Shown one piece after another: positions 54,136 to 64,000 of a stretch of DNA of 64,000 nt. Position 1 is the stretch's first letter, and each line of letters begins with the position of its first letter. The position numbers were made by a program, and so were the translations under genes. A model generated the notes under the pieces. It was given only the letters and a program-made list of their open reading frames with translations. It was not told where the DNA came from and ran no database searches. The stretch is from Octopus vulgaris (lineage: Eukaryota). Where the stretch lies: positions 24,800,001 through 24,864,000 of the forward strand of contig OX597815.1 in assembly GCA_951406725.2 (NCBI GenBank), read 5' to 3'.

Positions 54136-54549
54136 CTTTTATTCCATCAAGAGAAAATGTAGTATAGTGGGTTAGTTAAGTTCATTTTCTAGTCAAAAGT
54201 TTGATTCCTCTGTGTGGTATCTTTGGCAAATGTCTTTTATTAAGGCCATAGTTTGGCTCATGCATTATAAATGAAACTGAATAGATGGAAACTGTGTGGA
54301 AGCCTGCAAAATGGTGTACTTGGAATTCAAAGGTCCAGCCTTGTCACATACAGCATCATACTGATTCTGCCTTAAGAGTACATTAAGAGTACAATTGTCT
54401 GTGGAATATTCAGCCACTTAAACCCTTATTCAATGAGCCTAATAAAACTGAAGCTCATCAAGCAACTGAAAACTCATGGTTAAAAATTTTAACCATGATC
54501 CATTTTGTTTTTATTTCTTTTATCAAGTAGATATTACAATGTATGCACA

Positions 54550-55532
54550 TACGTATGTATGTATGTATGTATGTATGTATGTGTGTATGTATGTATGTAT
54601 GTATGTATGTATGTATGTATGTATGTATGTATGTATGTGTGTGTGTATGTATGTATGTATGTATGTATGTATGTATGTATGTATGTGTGTGTGTATGTAT
54701 GTATGTATGTATGTATGTATGTATGCATGTATGTATGTATGTGTTCCTTATGTATGTATGTATGTATGCATGTATGTATGTATGTATGTGTTCCTTATGT
54801 ATGTATGTATGTATGTATGTATGTATGTATGTATGTATGTATGTATGTATGTATGTATGTATGTATGCATGTATGTATGTATGTATGTATGTATGTATGT
54901 ATGTATGTATGTATGTATGTATGTATGTATGTATGTATGTATGTATGTATGTATGTATGTATGTATGCATGTATGTATGTATGTGTGTGTATGTATGTAT
55001 GTATGTACTGATGCATGTATGTATGTATGTATGTATGTATGTATGTATGTATGTATGTATGTATGTATGTGTGTGTATGTATGTATGTATGTATGTATGT
55101 ATGTATGTATGTATGTATGTATGTATGTATGTATGTATGTATGTGTGTGTATGTATGTATGTATGTACTGATGCATGTATGTATGTATGTATGTATGTAT
55201 GTATGTATGTGTGTGTATGTATGTATGTATGTACTGATGCATGTATGTATGTATGTATGTATGTATGTATGTATGTATGTATGTATGTATGTATGTATGT
55301 ATGTGTGTATGTGTGTACTGTATGTATGTATGTATGTATGTATGTATGCATGCATGCATGTATGTATGCATATGTGTACTGTATGCATGTATGTGTGTGT
55401 GTGTATGTGTGTACTGTATGTATGTATGTAGGTATGTATGTATGTGTGTATGTGTGTACTGTATGTATGTATGTATGTATGTATGTATGTATGTATGTAT
55501 GTATGTATGTATGTGTGTGTGTGTGTGTGTGT
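54550..55532. repeat. ~1-kb (TATG)n microsatellite with recurring variant units
   Basis: Directly visible. It is the source of the MYVC and HTYI ORFs. Confidence 0.97.
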
Positions 55533-56035
55533 ACGAAATTTATGTACATATGAATGTATGTATGTGTATATGTTGTAAGTAATGCAAAATTTTGAAAAAC
55601 TTCTTTCAGGAACTAACCCAGGTCATTCAAATTGCATAGATTGGTAGAGTAGCTCCTTTTCTATAATATCTTTTCTTCCCGTTCTTCATTGCAGGCAAAT
55701 AAGAGATTCCGAGTAGAAGCAACATGCCAACATTGAGTTCTTGACAAAGGAAGGCTGCAGGCTGTTTGACGTACACAGAAGGCTACAGGTTGTTTACAGC
55801 AATGCAAAGAGATGAATGAAGAAATTTAAAGATGAAACCAGAAAGGAAACCGGCATTGAAGACAGACTGCACAGAAAGGTCATCAACCATAACCACAGTC
55901 ATAGATCACCAGTGAATGAAAGAAATGATTCGTGCAGACATAAGAGTCATGATTCATAAGCTGGTGGCACGGCTGGATTGTCATTATAATGCATTACAAA
56001 CCTTCATAGCTTATTGGTTCTTATTTTATTAGAAA

Positions 56036-56419
56036 CTAGCAGTATCGCCCGGCGTTGCTCAGGTTTGTAAGGGAAATAACTATAAAGCATTTTTAGAGAG
56101 TTATAGCCAAAAAATAGCCAAAAAATGGAAAAAAATTATGGTAAATTTTTTTTGAGAGTAAAAAAAGGTGGAGTTGCGTCCACTAGACAGTTTGCGGTTT
56201 GTGTTTCTGATTCTCGACCCCATGTCGAATTTATCGATTTTTTTCAGAACTGGGGGAACTTTTCAAAATTTTCGCTGCGTTAGTTTTGAATTATGACATT
56301 GGGCTATGTGTGTGTCAAGTTTCATCAGAATCGGTTGAAAGCCGTGGTCAGGGTGAGGGTACAAGCAAACAGACACACAGAAACACGCACAGACAAACTG
56401 CCGTTTATATAGAGAGAGA
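56036..56419 (-). mobile_element. Non-autonomous Helitron, second family
   Basis: Minus strand has 5' A|TCTCTCTCTATATAAACGGCAG and 3' GAGCAACGCCGGGCGATACTGCTAG|T. Confidence 0.8.
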
Positions 56420-57049
56420 TAAAAATGATTAGAAAATTTCAATCAAAAAGATATGAATTTAAAACAATGATATAACAGAATATAAACAGTTTAGATAGCT
56501 GTTCAACAAAGTACAAACTCTACTACTGTAAATGTACTTGAAATATTTGTATCTTACAATGTCACTCCTATCTGTGCGCTTATATTGCAGGAGGTCTCAT
56601 ATAAAACAAGTAATCTAAATCTAGATAGCTTTAGATTTCAACAACCTAAAAACTAGATTGTTGAAATCAAATTTGTTTAACCTAATTTGCAATATAATCT
56701 AGTATTAGGTACATTTTTGGTAAATGAAAAATAAATAGTTCTCATCTTGTAAGACAAATATGATTACGTGCAGGGTATATGTTATAGGGAATTGCGAGTA
56801 GTAGTAATGGTACACCCCCTCCCACATGATAAATGGGATAACCTAGTCACTATAAGTAAAGAGAAGTATGTGAAGTACCACAGTACGTGGTAGACAGTCA
56901 GAGATAATCATGTTTTTACTGGTTTTACTAAGTATACTGTATACCGAAGGAGTATTATAGCAATCCAACATTTTAAGGATTAAATCAGGGGTGGTGAGGA
57001 TTTAAACAACTCACAAGGAATTAATAAACTCAACAAAGATTTAAACAGC

Positions 57050-57492
57050 TCATGACGAATGACGGCCTGCTGTGCTTACCTTGGATCATAGGGTGACCAG
57101 CTGTGCTTGAGGAGACCTATTGAGTCAAGTACATCAACATCAAAATAAAAAACAAATAGAAATTGTAATTGTGATACCCGTGCCAGTGGCACGTAAAAAG
57201 CACCATCCGAACGTGGCCGATGCCAGCACCACCTTGACTGGCATCCATGCCGGTGGCATGTAAAAAGTACCAACTGATTGTGGCCGTTGCCAGCCTCCCC
57301 TGGCACCTGTGCTGATGGCATGTAAAAAGCACCCACTACACTCACAGAGTGGTTGGCATTAGGAAGGCCATCCAGCTATAGAAACACTGCCAGATCAGAC
57401 TGGGCCTGGTGCAGCCTCCTGGCTTTCCCGACCCCGGTTGAACCATCCAACCCATGCTAGCATGGAAAATGGATGTTAAACGATGATGATGA
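57050..57492 (+). mobile_element. RTE LINE 3' end nested in the Gypsy leader
   Basis: Family sequence with (GAT)n tail. Confidence 0.85.
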
Positions 57493-58765
57493 CAAGGATT
57501 TAAACAATGCATGAGGAATTAACATCTCATGAGGAGTTAACAAACTCACAAAAATTTTTGTTGTGTGAATTTTATGAAAATAATCATAAAATTATGGAAA
57601 GTTTGTTGGCTGGTGTGCTCGAGTTGCAAAAGCATCAACAACAGCAACCAAAAGAAAGACAACAGGAGCATCTACAGCTGCAAGAACAACAGCTGAAGCA
57701 ACAACAACTGAAAGAACAACAACAGCAGCAAATACAACTGAAAGAACAACAACAGAAGCAACAACAGCAACAAATATGGACCTGATGAAGGAATTTCCTT
57801 TGAAGCATATTATAGAAAATATGAGCAAATCTTCGAGAAAGAATGTAATGATTGGGACAACGAAATGAAAACACACTTAATTTTGAGAAAACTGATGGCA
57901 ATAGAGCATGAGCAATACAGTAATTATGTACTTCCAAGAAAACCTTTGGATATAAACTTTAATGATACAACAGGTACATTGCGTAAAATTTTCAGTGAAA
58001 AAAGCTCATTGTTCAACACACATTGGAAATGTCTGAACATATAGAAAAATAATGATGAGGACTACATGACATATGCTGGTAGAGTTAACAGGGAATGTGA
58101 GAAGTTTAAGCTGGACAAATTAATGCCTGATATGTTCAAATGCCTGACTTTTACACAGGGTCTTACTGCTGAAAAGGATGCAGAAGTTAGAACTAGAATT
58201 CTCACAAAGCTGGAGCAAAACCAGGATGTAACCCTACAGCAAGTGTCAGAAGTATGCGAAAGGATAGTCAAATTAAGACACAACACAGAGGAAATCGAAT
58301 GGAAAGATCGTTTCCAAGTAAAACAAGTATGAAATAGTCAGAAATGAGATAAAGTGTTTTCTTAAAAGCACAACAAAAATCAGGAAATAAACCCATGTTT
58401 TGTCCATTTAAGAAAGTGGAAAGCCTTCATTGTGAAAAAAAGCACATACAAAGATGCACTGTAGAATGAAGATGATAAAACGTTAGAACAAAGGAAAAAG
58501 AATAAATAGTAAGTCATCTGAAGAAATTGGTAATATAACAATTAGAAAATTTGTGAAGGTGAAAATCAGAAATACAAGTGTTAAAATGCAGTTGGACACT
58601 AGTAGTGATATCACCATTATAAACAAAAAAACGTGGAAATATGTCAGTAAGCTGAAATTAATTAAATCAGAAAAGGTAGCACATGGTGTTATGGGAAAAA
58701 GATTACATTTTTTCGATGAATTCATATGTAATGTAACATTTCGAGGTCTAACAAAACAGGTAAAG

Positions 58766-58766
<1 letters not shown>

Positions 58767-58803
<37 letters not shown>

Positions 58804-59037
58804 TTAGCGTCTGCTTTCCATGCTAGCATGGGTTGGACGGTTCACCTGGGGTCTGGGAAGCCAGAAGGCTGCACCAGGCCTAGTCTGATCTGGCAATGTT
58901 TCTACGGCTGGATGCCCTTCCTAACGCCAACCACTCTGAGAGTGTAGTGGGTGCTTTTTACGTGCCACTGGCACAGGTGCCAGATGGGGCTGGCAAACGG
59001 CCGCGGTCGGACAGTGCTTTTTACGTGCCACCGGCAT
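58767..59037 (-). mobile_element. RTE LINE 3' end nested in the Gypsy protease
   Basis: Splits ...RGLTKQVK from KDSLNLFGREW. Confidence 0.88.
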
Positions 59038-59590
59038 CAAAAGATTCACTTAATCTATTTGGCAGAGAGTGGATGGAACTATTCAAAGTATGGAATACAC
59101 CCATAAGTGTTTTGTATGAAAATATAGTTGGTTCAGTTGAAGGTTCAAATACAGCTGAGGGACTGAAACAAAAAATTGCAGTCAAATAGAGTGGAACACC
59201 TGTATGTAAGCCAAAACGGAATAAAAATTGCCCATGTAGAACGACCGTGCGAAGGAGAGGTGACGATGAATGGCTCCTTTAATACACCACAGAACTTCTC
59301 ATATGGATTCATAGTGCATAAAAACACTTATATTCATATCATTGTCAGATGGGAATTGTCTTCTATGGGTGCTGGAACTACCAGATCATGTGATTTCACC
59401 CTGCCTTGGCATCCCAGCACAACATCCACATCAAATTGTATATGAAGATTACTTTGGTATTAATACTATCACTATTAATTATTTTTTAATAAGCATGCTG
59501 GTTATTTGAAACATCAGTACCTGAAAAAAACTCTGAAATTCTATATATCACTGACATTTGATTTAGCTGTTATGCTGCTACTGGTCGTCT

Positions 59591-59632
59591 GTTACTGATG
59601 AGCCAGGGCAGGGTGAAATAACATGATCTGGC
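59591..59632 (+). ncRNA. Type I hammerhead ribozyme-like motif
   Basis: GTTA-CTGATGA-GCC(AGGGCAG)GGT-GAAA-TAACATGA-TC-TGGC. A partial inverted copy at ~59355-59410 keeps the pairing version GAAATCACATGATC. Confidence 0.55.
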
Positions 59633-59909
59633 AGTTCTGGCATCTATAGTAGATGATTCTTATCTGACAATGATATAAATATGAGTGCTTTTAAGTATGA
59701 TATGTCCATATGAGAGGTCCTCTCAAGGTAAATAACACAGTATTTGATTTGGTGTTCTAACACAACATCCATGTAAAGCTGGATGTAAGGATTGTCTTTG
59801 TATATGCATAGATATATATATATATATACATACAAAATGTGACCACGTGTGTACTGTTGGCGATTTTTTTTCCTCCGTCTTCCCTTCTCTGGATCTTTCC
59901 TTTTCCTAT

Positions 59910-59943
59910 GTTTCTGATGAAGAGCTCCGCTGAAACGTTAAAC
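59910..59943 (+). ncRNA. Minimal hammerhead ribozyme-like motif within a Penelope-like repeat (~59835-60035)
   Basis: GTTT-CTGATGA-AGAGCTCCGCT-GAAACGTT-AAAC. The sister copy at ~32991-33026 (-) reads GCTCGAAACGTTAAAC with a mutated core. Confidence 0.65.
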
Positions 59944-60674
59944 CCTCCTTCTTGAGCATCCAATAATACTATATTTGTTCCACGTCCTCGCGTTGTTGTG
60001 TTTTCTCTTGGTGTTTTTATGTTTGGATTAACTTTATATATATATATACTTGGCCAGCATCCTTCACTTTCCATCTACCAAATCCACCCACAAGGCTTTG
60101 GACAGTCTGCAGCTGTTGTAGAAGACACATGCTCAAAGTGCCATGCAGTGAGATTGAACCTAAAGCCTCATAGTCTGAAAGTAAGCTTTTCAACCACACA
60201 GCCACATTTGTTTACAAAAGTCATACAAACATCGGCTTTCATGAGAAATTTTGACATCAAGTTTCATGTCACCAGAATCCAGGAAAACACTATTCAATGA
60301 GGTGTTGTGTGATGTTTGACTTTAATACTGAATTTGGAGCAATAATTACTTCTGGTTTATTTGAAAACACATCATGTAACCATCAAAAGGTTTTATGTTC
60401 TTTTATATACTTCTGTTTTGAGGTTTCTTTTAATAAGTATTTACTGTTGTACAATTTTATTTATTGAAATTGGTTTAACCCAACCCTAAATTTTATTTTT
60501 TCTGTTTGATTCTTCAATAGCGATTATCACATTTGACTGACTAATGTCAAGGAAAAGTTAATTTATGCAGATCATTCCTAATTTGTACATGCCGTTAAGA
60601 TACACATTTAGCATTCAGTTTTTCAATTTGGATATAATAGGTGTATTTATTCTAGGGGAGGACAAACAGAGATT

Positions 60675-60676
<2 letters not shown>

Positions 60677-60709
<33 letters not shown>

Positions 60710-61482
60710 TGTTTAACGTCCACTTTCCATGCTAGCATGGGTTGGACGATTTTGACTGAGGGCTGGCAAACCAGATGGCTGCACCAGGCTCCAATCTTGA
60801 TCTGGCAGAGTTTCTACAGCTGGATGCCCTTCCTAATGCCAACCACTCCGTGAGTGTAGTTGGTGCTTTTTACGTGCCACCGGCATGGGGCCAGTCAGGC
60901 GGTACTGGCAACGACCTCGCTCGAATCTTTTTACACATGCCACTGGCACAGGTGCCAGTAAGGTGACGCTGGTAACGATCATACTTGAATGGTGCCTTTT
61001 ACATGCCACTGATACGGAATCCAGTTAGCCGCTCTGGCAACGATCACGCTCAAATGGTGTTCTTGGTACCTTACTAGCACAAGCACAAGTACCAGTAAGG
61101 TGACCCTGGTAATGATCACACTCGAATGGTGCCTTTTATGTGCCACTGGCACGGAAGCTGGTTAGCTGCTCTGTCAACGATCACACTCGTATGGTGCTCT
61201 TTGCACCCCACTAGCTCAGATGCCAGTCATCGAATTTGATTTCACTTGCCTCAACAGGTCTTCGCAAGTAGAGTTTAGTGTCCAAAGAAGGAAAAGGTAT
61301 GCATAAGTGGGCTGGTTACGCTCCTGGTATAGGCCACGAGGTTATGGTCTCATTTGGCTTGCTGGGTCTTCTCATACACTGCATATTTCTAAAAGTCTCA
61401 GTCACTAGTCATTTCCTTGGTGAGGCCTAAAGTTCGAAGGTCGTACTTCACCACCTCATCCCAGGTCTTCCTGGGTCTACCT
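60677..61482 (-). mobile_element. 5'-truncated RTE LINE with ORF end and complete 3'UTR
   Basis: Minus strand reads GRPRKTWDEVVKYDLRTLGLTKEM, followed by tandem ~65-bp units and a (GAT)n tail. Confidence 0.9.
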
Positions 61483-61825
61483 GATCTATTATTATTCGCT
61501 CTCAATGGTGATATTTGCCAGTGTATAAGATGCATTCTCACATAAGATGTACCTCTATTTTACAAGCATATTTTGTGGAAAAAACTAAATTTAGTATGTT
61601 TCATCATAGACCTGTTGAAAGATAGTTTAAAGTGATTTTGTAAAGAAAAATGTGTGATTCTGTGCATTCAAGTACAATATTATAACAACATACCGGAATA
61701 AACTATGAAACTATAAAGATTATGAGTTTATAAAATTTTATTATGTGAGTCCTGTATTTCCACTTCATCTTCTCTCAGATCAACTATATAGTTTCTTTTT
61801 CTTTTTTCTTTTTTTCTTTTTTCTT

Positions 61826-62222
61826 TTTTCTTGTTTCAGTCATTTTGACTGCGGCCATGCTGGAGCACCGGCTTTAATCGAGCAACTCGACCTCGGGACT
61901 TATTCTTTGTAAGCCCAGTACTTATTCTATCGGTCTCTTTTGCCAAACCGCTAAGTGACGGGGACATAAACACACCAGCATCGGTTGTCAAGCAATGCTA
62001 GGGGTACAAACACAGACACACAAACACACACACGCATATATATATATATACATATATACGACAGGCTTCTTTCAGTTTCCGTCTACCAAATCCACTCACA
62101 AGGCTTTGGTCGGCCCGAGGCTATAGTAGAAGACACTTGCCCAAGGTGCCATGCAGTGGGACTGAACCCGGAACCATGTGGTTGGTAAACAAGCTACTTA
62201 CCACACAGCCACTCCTGCTCCT
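61826..62222 (-). mobile_element. Full-length tRNA-derived SINE family B
   Basis: Minus-strand head GGAGCAGGAGTGGCTGTGTGGTAAG...GGTTCAGTCCC carries A and B boxes. Internal (TA)/(TG) microsatellite. Confidence 0.9.
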
Positions 62223-63514
62223 ATTATATTTATATTTATATTTTGGTCAAGAAAATTGCTATACAAAAGGTAAAACACATATTTTTGGCTACCACGTTTT
62301 GTGTAATAGCAATTAGCCACCAAGGTGATGCACAACTGCTATGGCTTTGTTGTCACCCACTCGCTGCAAATATTTGATTGGCAGATGAAAGTTTAACATT
62401 TCTTTCATCTTTGTGGGAGAATTTTCATGTAGATAATTAAAAATGTCTGTGTCCTAGGCCTTTCTGTCTGTCTCTCTGTTGACCATGGTATTTTATAACT
62501 GCTGTGGCAGCTAGAAGGACAGACATACTGCTGCAGAGATTGTGCCTAAATAGGTCCATTTGAACTTCGCCTGATATGGCTGAGGTCGTAGGTCAAAGGG
62601 AGATGATTTATCATTTTTTGACAGGACAAAGAAAACCTATTTTCGTGCCTGTTGATCGTGGTGGTTTGGACAACCAAGAATCCTTAGACTTGATTTTGAA
62701 TTTAAGCTTAGAGAAGGAAGTGTTAATTTTTACAAAGCTATTGATTATATATGCATGTAATAAATAATAGTTGATAATATTTACTCTGTAACATGATAGC
62801 ATATTTTTCATAAAGGTTTTGAAATTATTCTAAACACTTTGTAAATATATTATAATGTTGGTAGGTAAAAATGCATGGCTTAATGGTTAGGGGTGTTGCA
62901 TTCATAATTGCTAAATTGTGGGTTCAATTCCCAAGCTGGGTGGAACATTGTGTTTTTGTACAAAATATTTCATTTCATGTTACTCTGCAGATGGGAAAAG
63001 TGGCAGAATTGGTCTGTTGGCAGAAATGATTTATGGTATATCTTTCAGCTCTTAACATTCTGAGTTCAGATCCATCCTACTTGGAGAAGGCAATAACAAA
63101 CCACTCTAGTATTCATCCTCAGTCTAGTAATGACAGTCGAAGTCACAGTAATCTATTTAACAGCAGCAGAGGAGGATACAAGCTTTCCCAGGTCGTATAG
63201 AGAGTGCTGGAGAAGGTTCGCATGCACAGGACTTACCCAAGGTCAGACCCCTGCTAGACTAGAAAATTGATAGAATTGGGTGTATACTGGACTAATAAAC
63301 CTGAGAAGTTCCTAATTTTTAAAAATCTCCTTCGGGGTAAGCAAAAATGTTAGTAGTGATTGTTAGAAACTTTGTGTTATTTGTTTTTTTTATCCTTTTG
63401 AGATTGCTAAAATAAGGTACCAGCCATGTACTGGGAGTTGTTGTAATCAACCAAGCCCTACCCCCTCTAAAACTGCTGGCCTTGAGCCAAAATTGGAAAC
63501 AATTATTATCTTAA

Positions 63515-63730
63515 CCCTTTAGCATTCAGATTTCTTCGTCAAATGTAATGCTCATTTATTCGTGTTGATAGGAATTAGTCATGCATTACTTCGTAGCTGT
63601 GAGATTTTAATGACTTGATTGTTTATTCTTAGAATGATATTGTAGGTTAAGTGCAAGAGGACAGATCTGGTTAGAGTGAAGACAGAACAGAATATTCTGG
63701 TTGAATAAGGCTGGTTTAAATACTAAAGTG
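63515..63730. mobile_element. piggyBac-type MITE, second family, diverged
   Basis: TTAA|CCCTTTAGCATT ... AATACTAAAGTG|TTAA. Confidence 0.7.
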
Positions 63731-63756
63731 TTAAAGCAGGCTTAAGAGTAACACTT

Positions 63757-63871
<115 letters not shown>

Positions 63872-63963
63872 CAAAGCTGAGAGTAGAGACAAATTTATTG
63901 TAAAACTTATTTTAACTCGGACTTGAAGTTTTGCCTGATGGCTTCTTCAACCACTCTGGTTAA

Positions 63964-64000
63964 CCCTTTCATTACCATATTTATTTTGAGGTGCTCTGCA
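63964..64000. mobile_element. Start of a piggyBac-type MITE (family of 15820-16039), cut by the window edge
   Basis: TTAA|CCCTTTCATTACCATATTTATTTTGAG matches the sequence from 15816. Confidence 0.8.

Larger units (their letters stand above)
56780..59190 (+). mobile_element. Decayed Gypsy-type LTR retrotransposon (putative 5' LTR, gag, protease) with two nested RTE tails
   Basis: Putative LTR TGTT...AACA at 56780-56970. Gag reads SFEAYYRKYEQIFE...YAGRVNRECEKF...FKCLTFTQGL..DAEVRTRIL. Protease reads MQLDTSSDITII...LNLFGREWM. Stops and frameshifts are present and no RT follows. Confidence 0.85.

Noticed and set aside
54458-55582. Long ORFs of up to 363 aa made of MYVC/HTYI repeats, and similar YIYI ORFs at 26981-27275 and 51927-52697
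   Set aside because: They are translations of (TATG)n and (TA)n microsatellites, which lack stop codons by composition.
57507-57785. Gln-rich ORF as a host gene
   Set aside because: It lies between the putative LTR and recognisable gag sequence, so it is the low-complexity start of the Gypsy gag.
60870-61200. Regularly spaced repeats with variable spacers resembling a CRISPR array
   Set aside because: The context is eukaryotic, no cas genes are present, and the spacers are homologous to each other. These are tandem units of the RTE 3'UTR.

Overview
AT-rich, microsatellite- and transposon-dense animal genomic DNA. The SINE/LINE repertoire suggests an octopus, which is an inference rather than a database result. 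One host gene is clearly recognisable. A minus-strand first coding exon at 37563-37481 translates as [28 protein letters not shown], the N-terminus of an inositol 1,4,5-trisphosphate receptor (ITPR). It lies in a CpG-enriched region and ends in a GG|GTAAGT phase-2 donor. I did not find the next conserved exon (LVDDRC...), so positions 1-37480 appear to be a >37 kb first intron. Inside that intron, a GC-rich unique block (8203-7737) looks like an alternative 5' exon with a matching phase-2 donor. It could give an IP3R with a novel N-terminus, and it carries an in-frame uORF closed by TAG-TAT-TAG. The rest is mostly mobile DNA: RTE LINE 3' ends with (GAT)n tails, several tRNA-type SINE families, a CR1-group LINE, R4/Dong-like remnants, Penelope-like elements with decayed hammerhead ribozyme motifs and long palindromes, mariner/Tc1 elements (one full-length and Hsmar1-like), piggyBac-type MITEs, Helitrons and a Gypsy gag-protease remnant. 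Most ORFs in the supplied track are microsatellite or repeat artefacts. Repeat boundaries are approximate unless termini are quoted.
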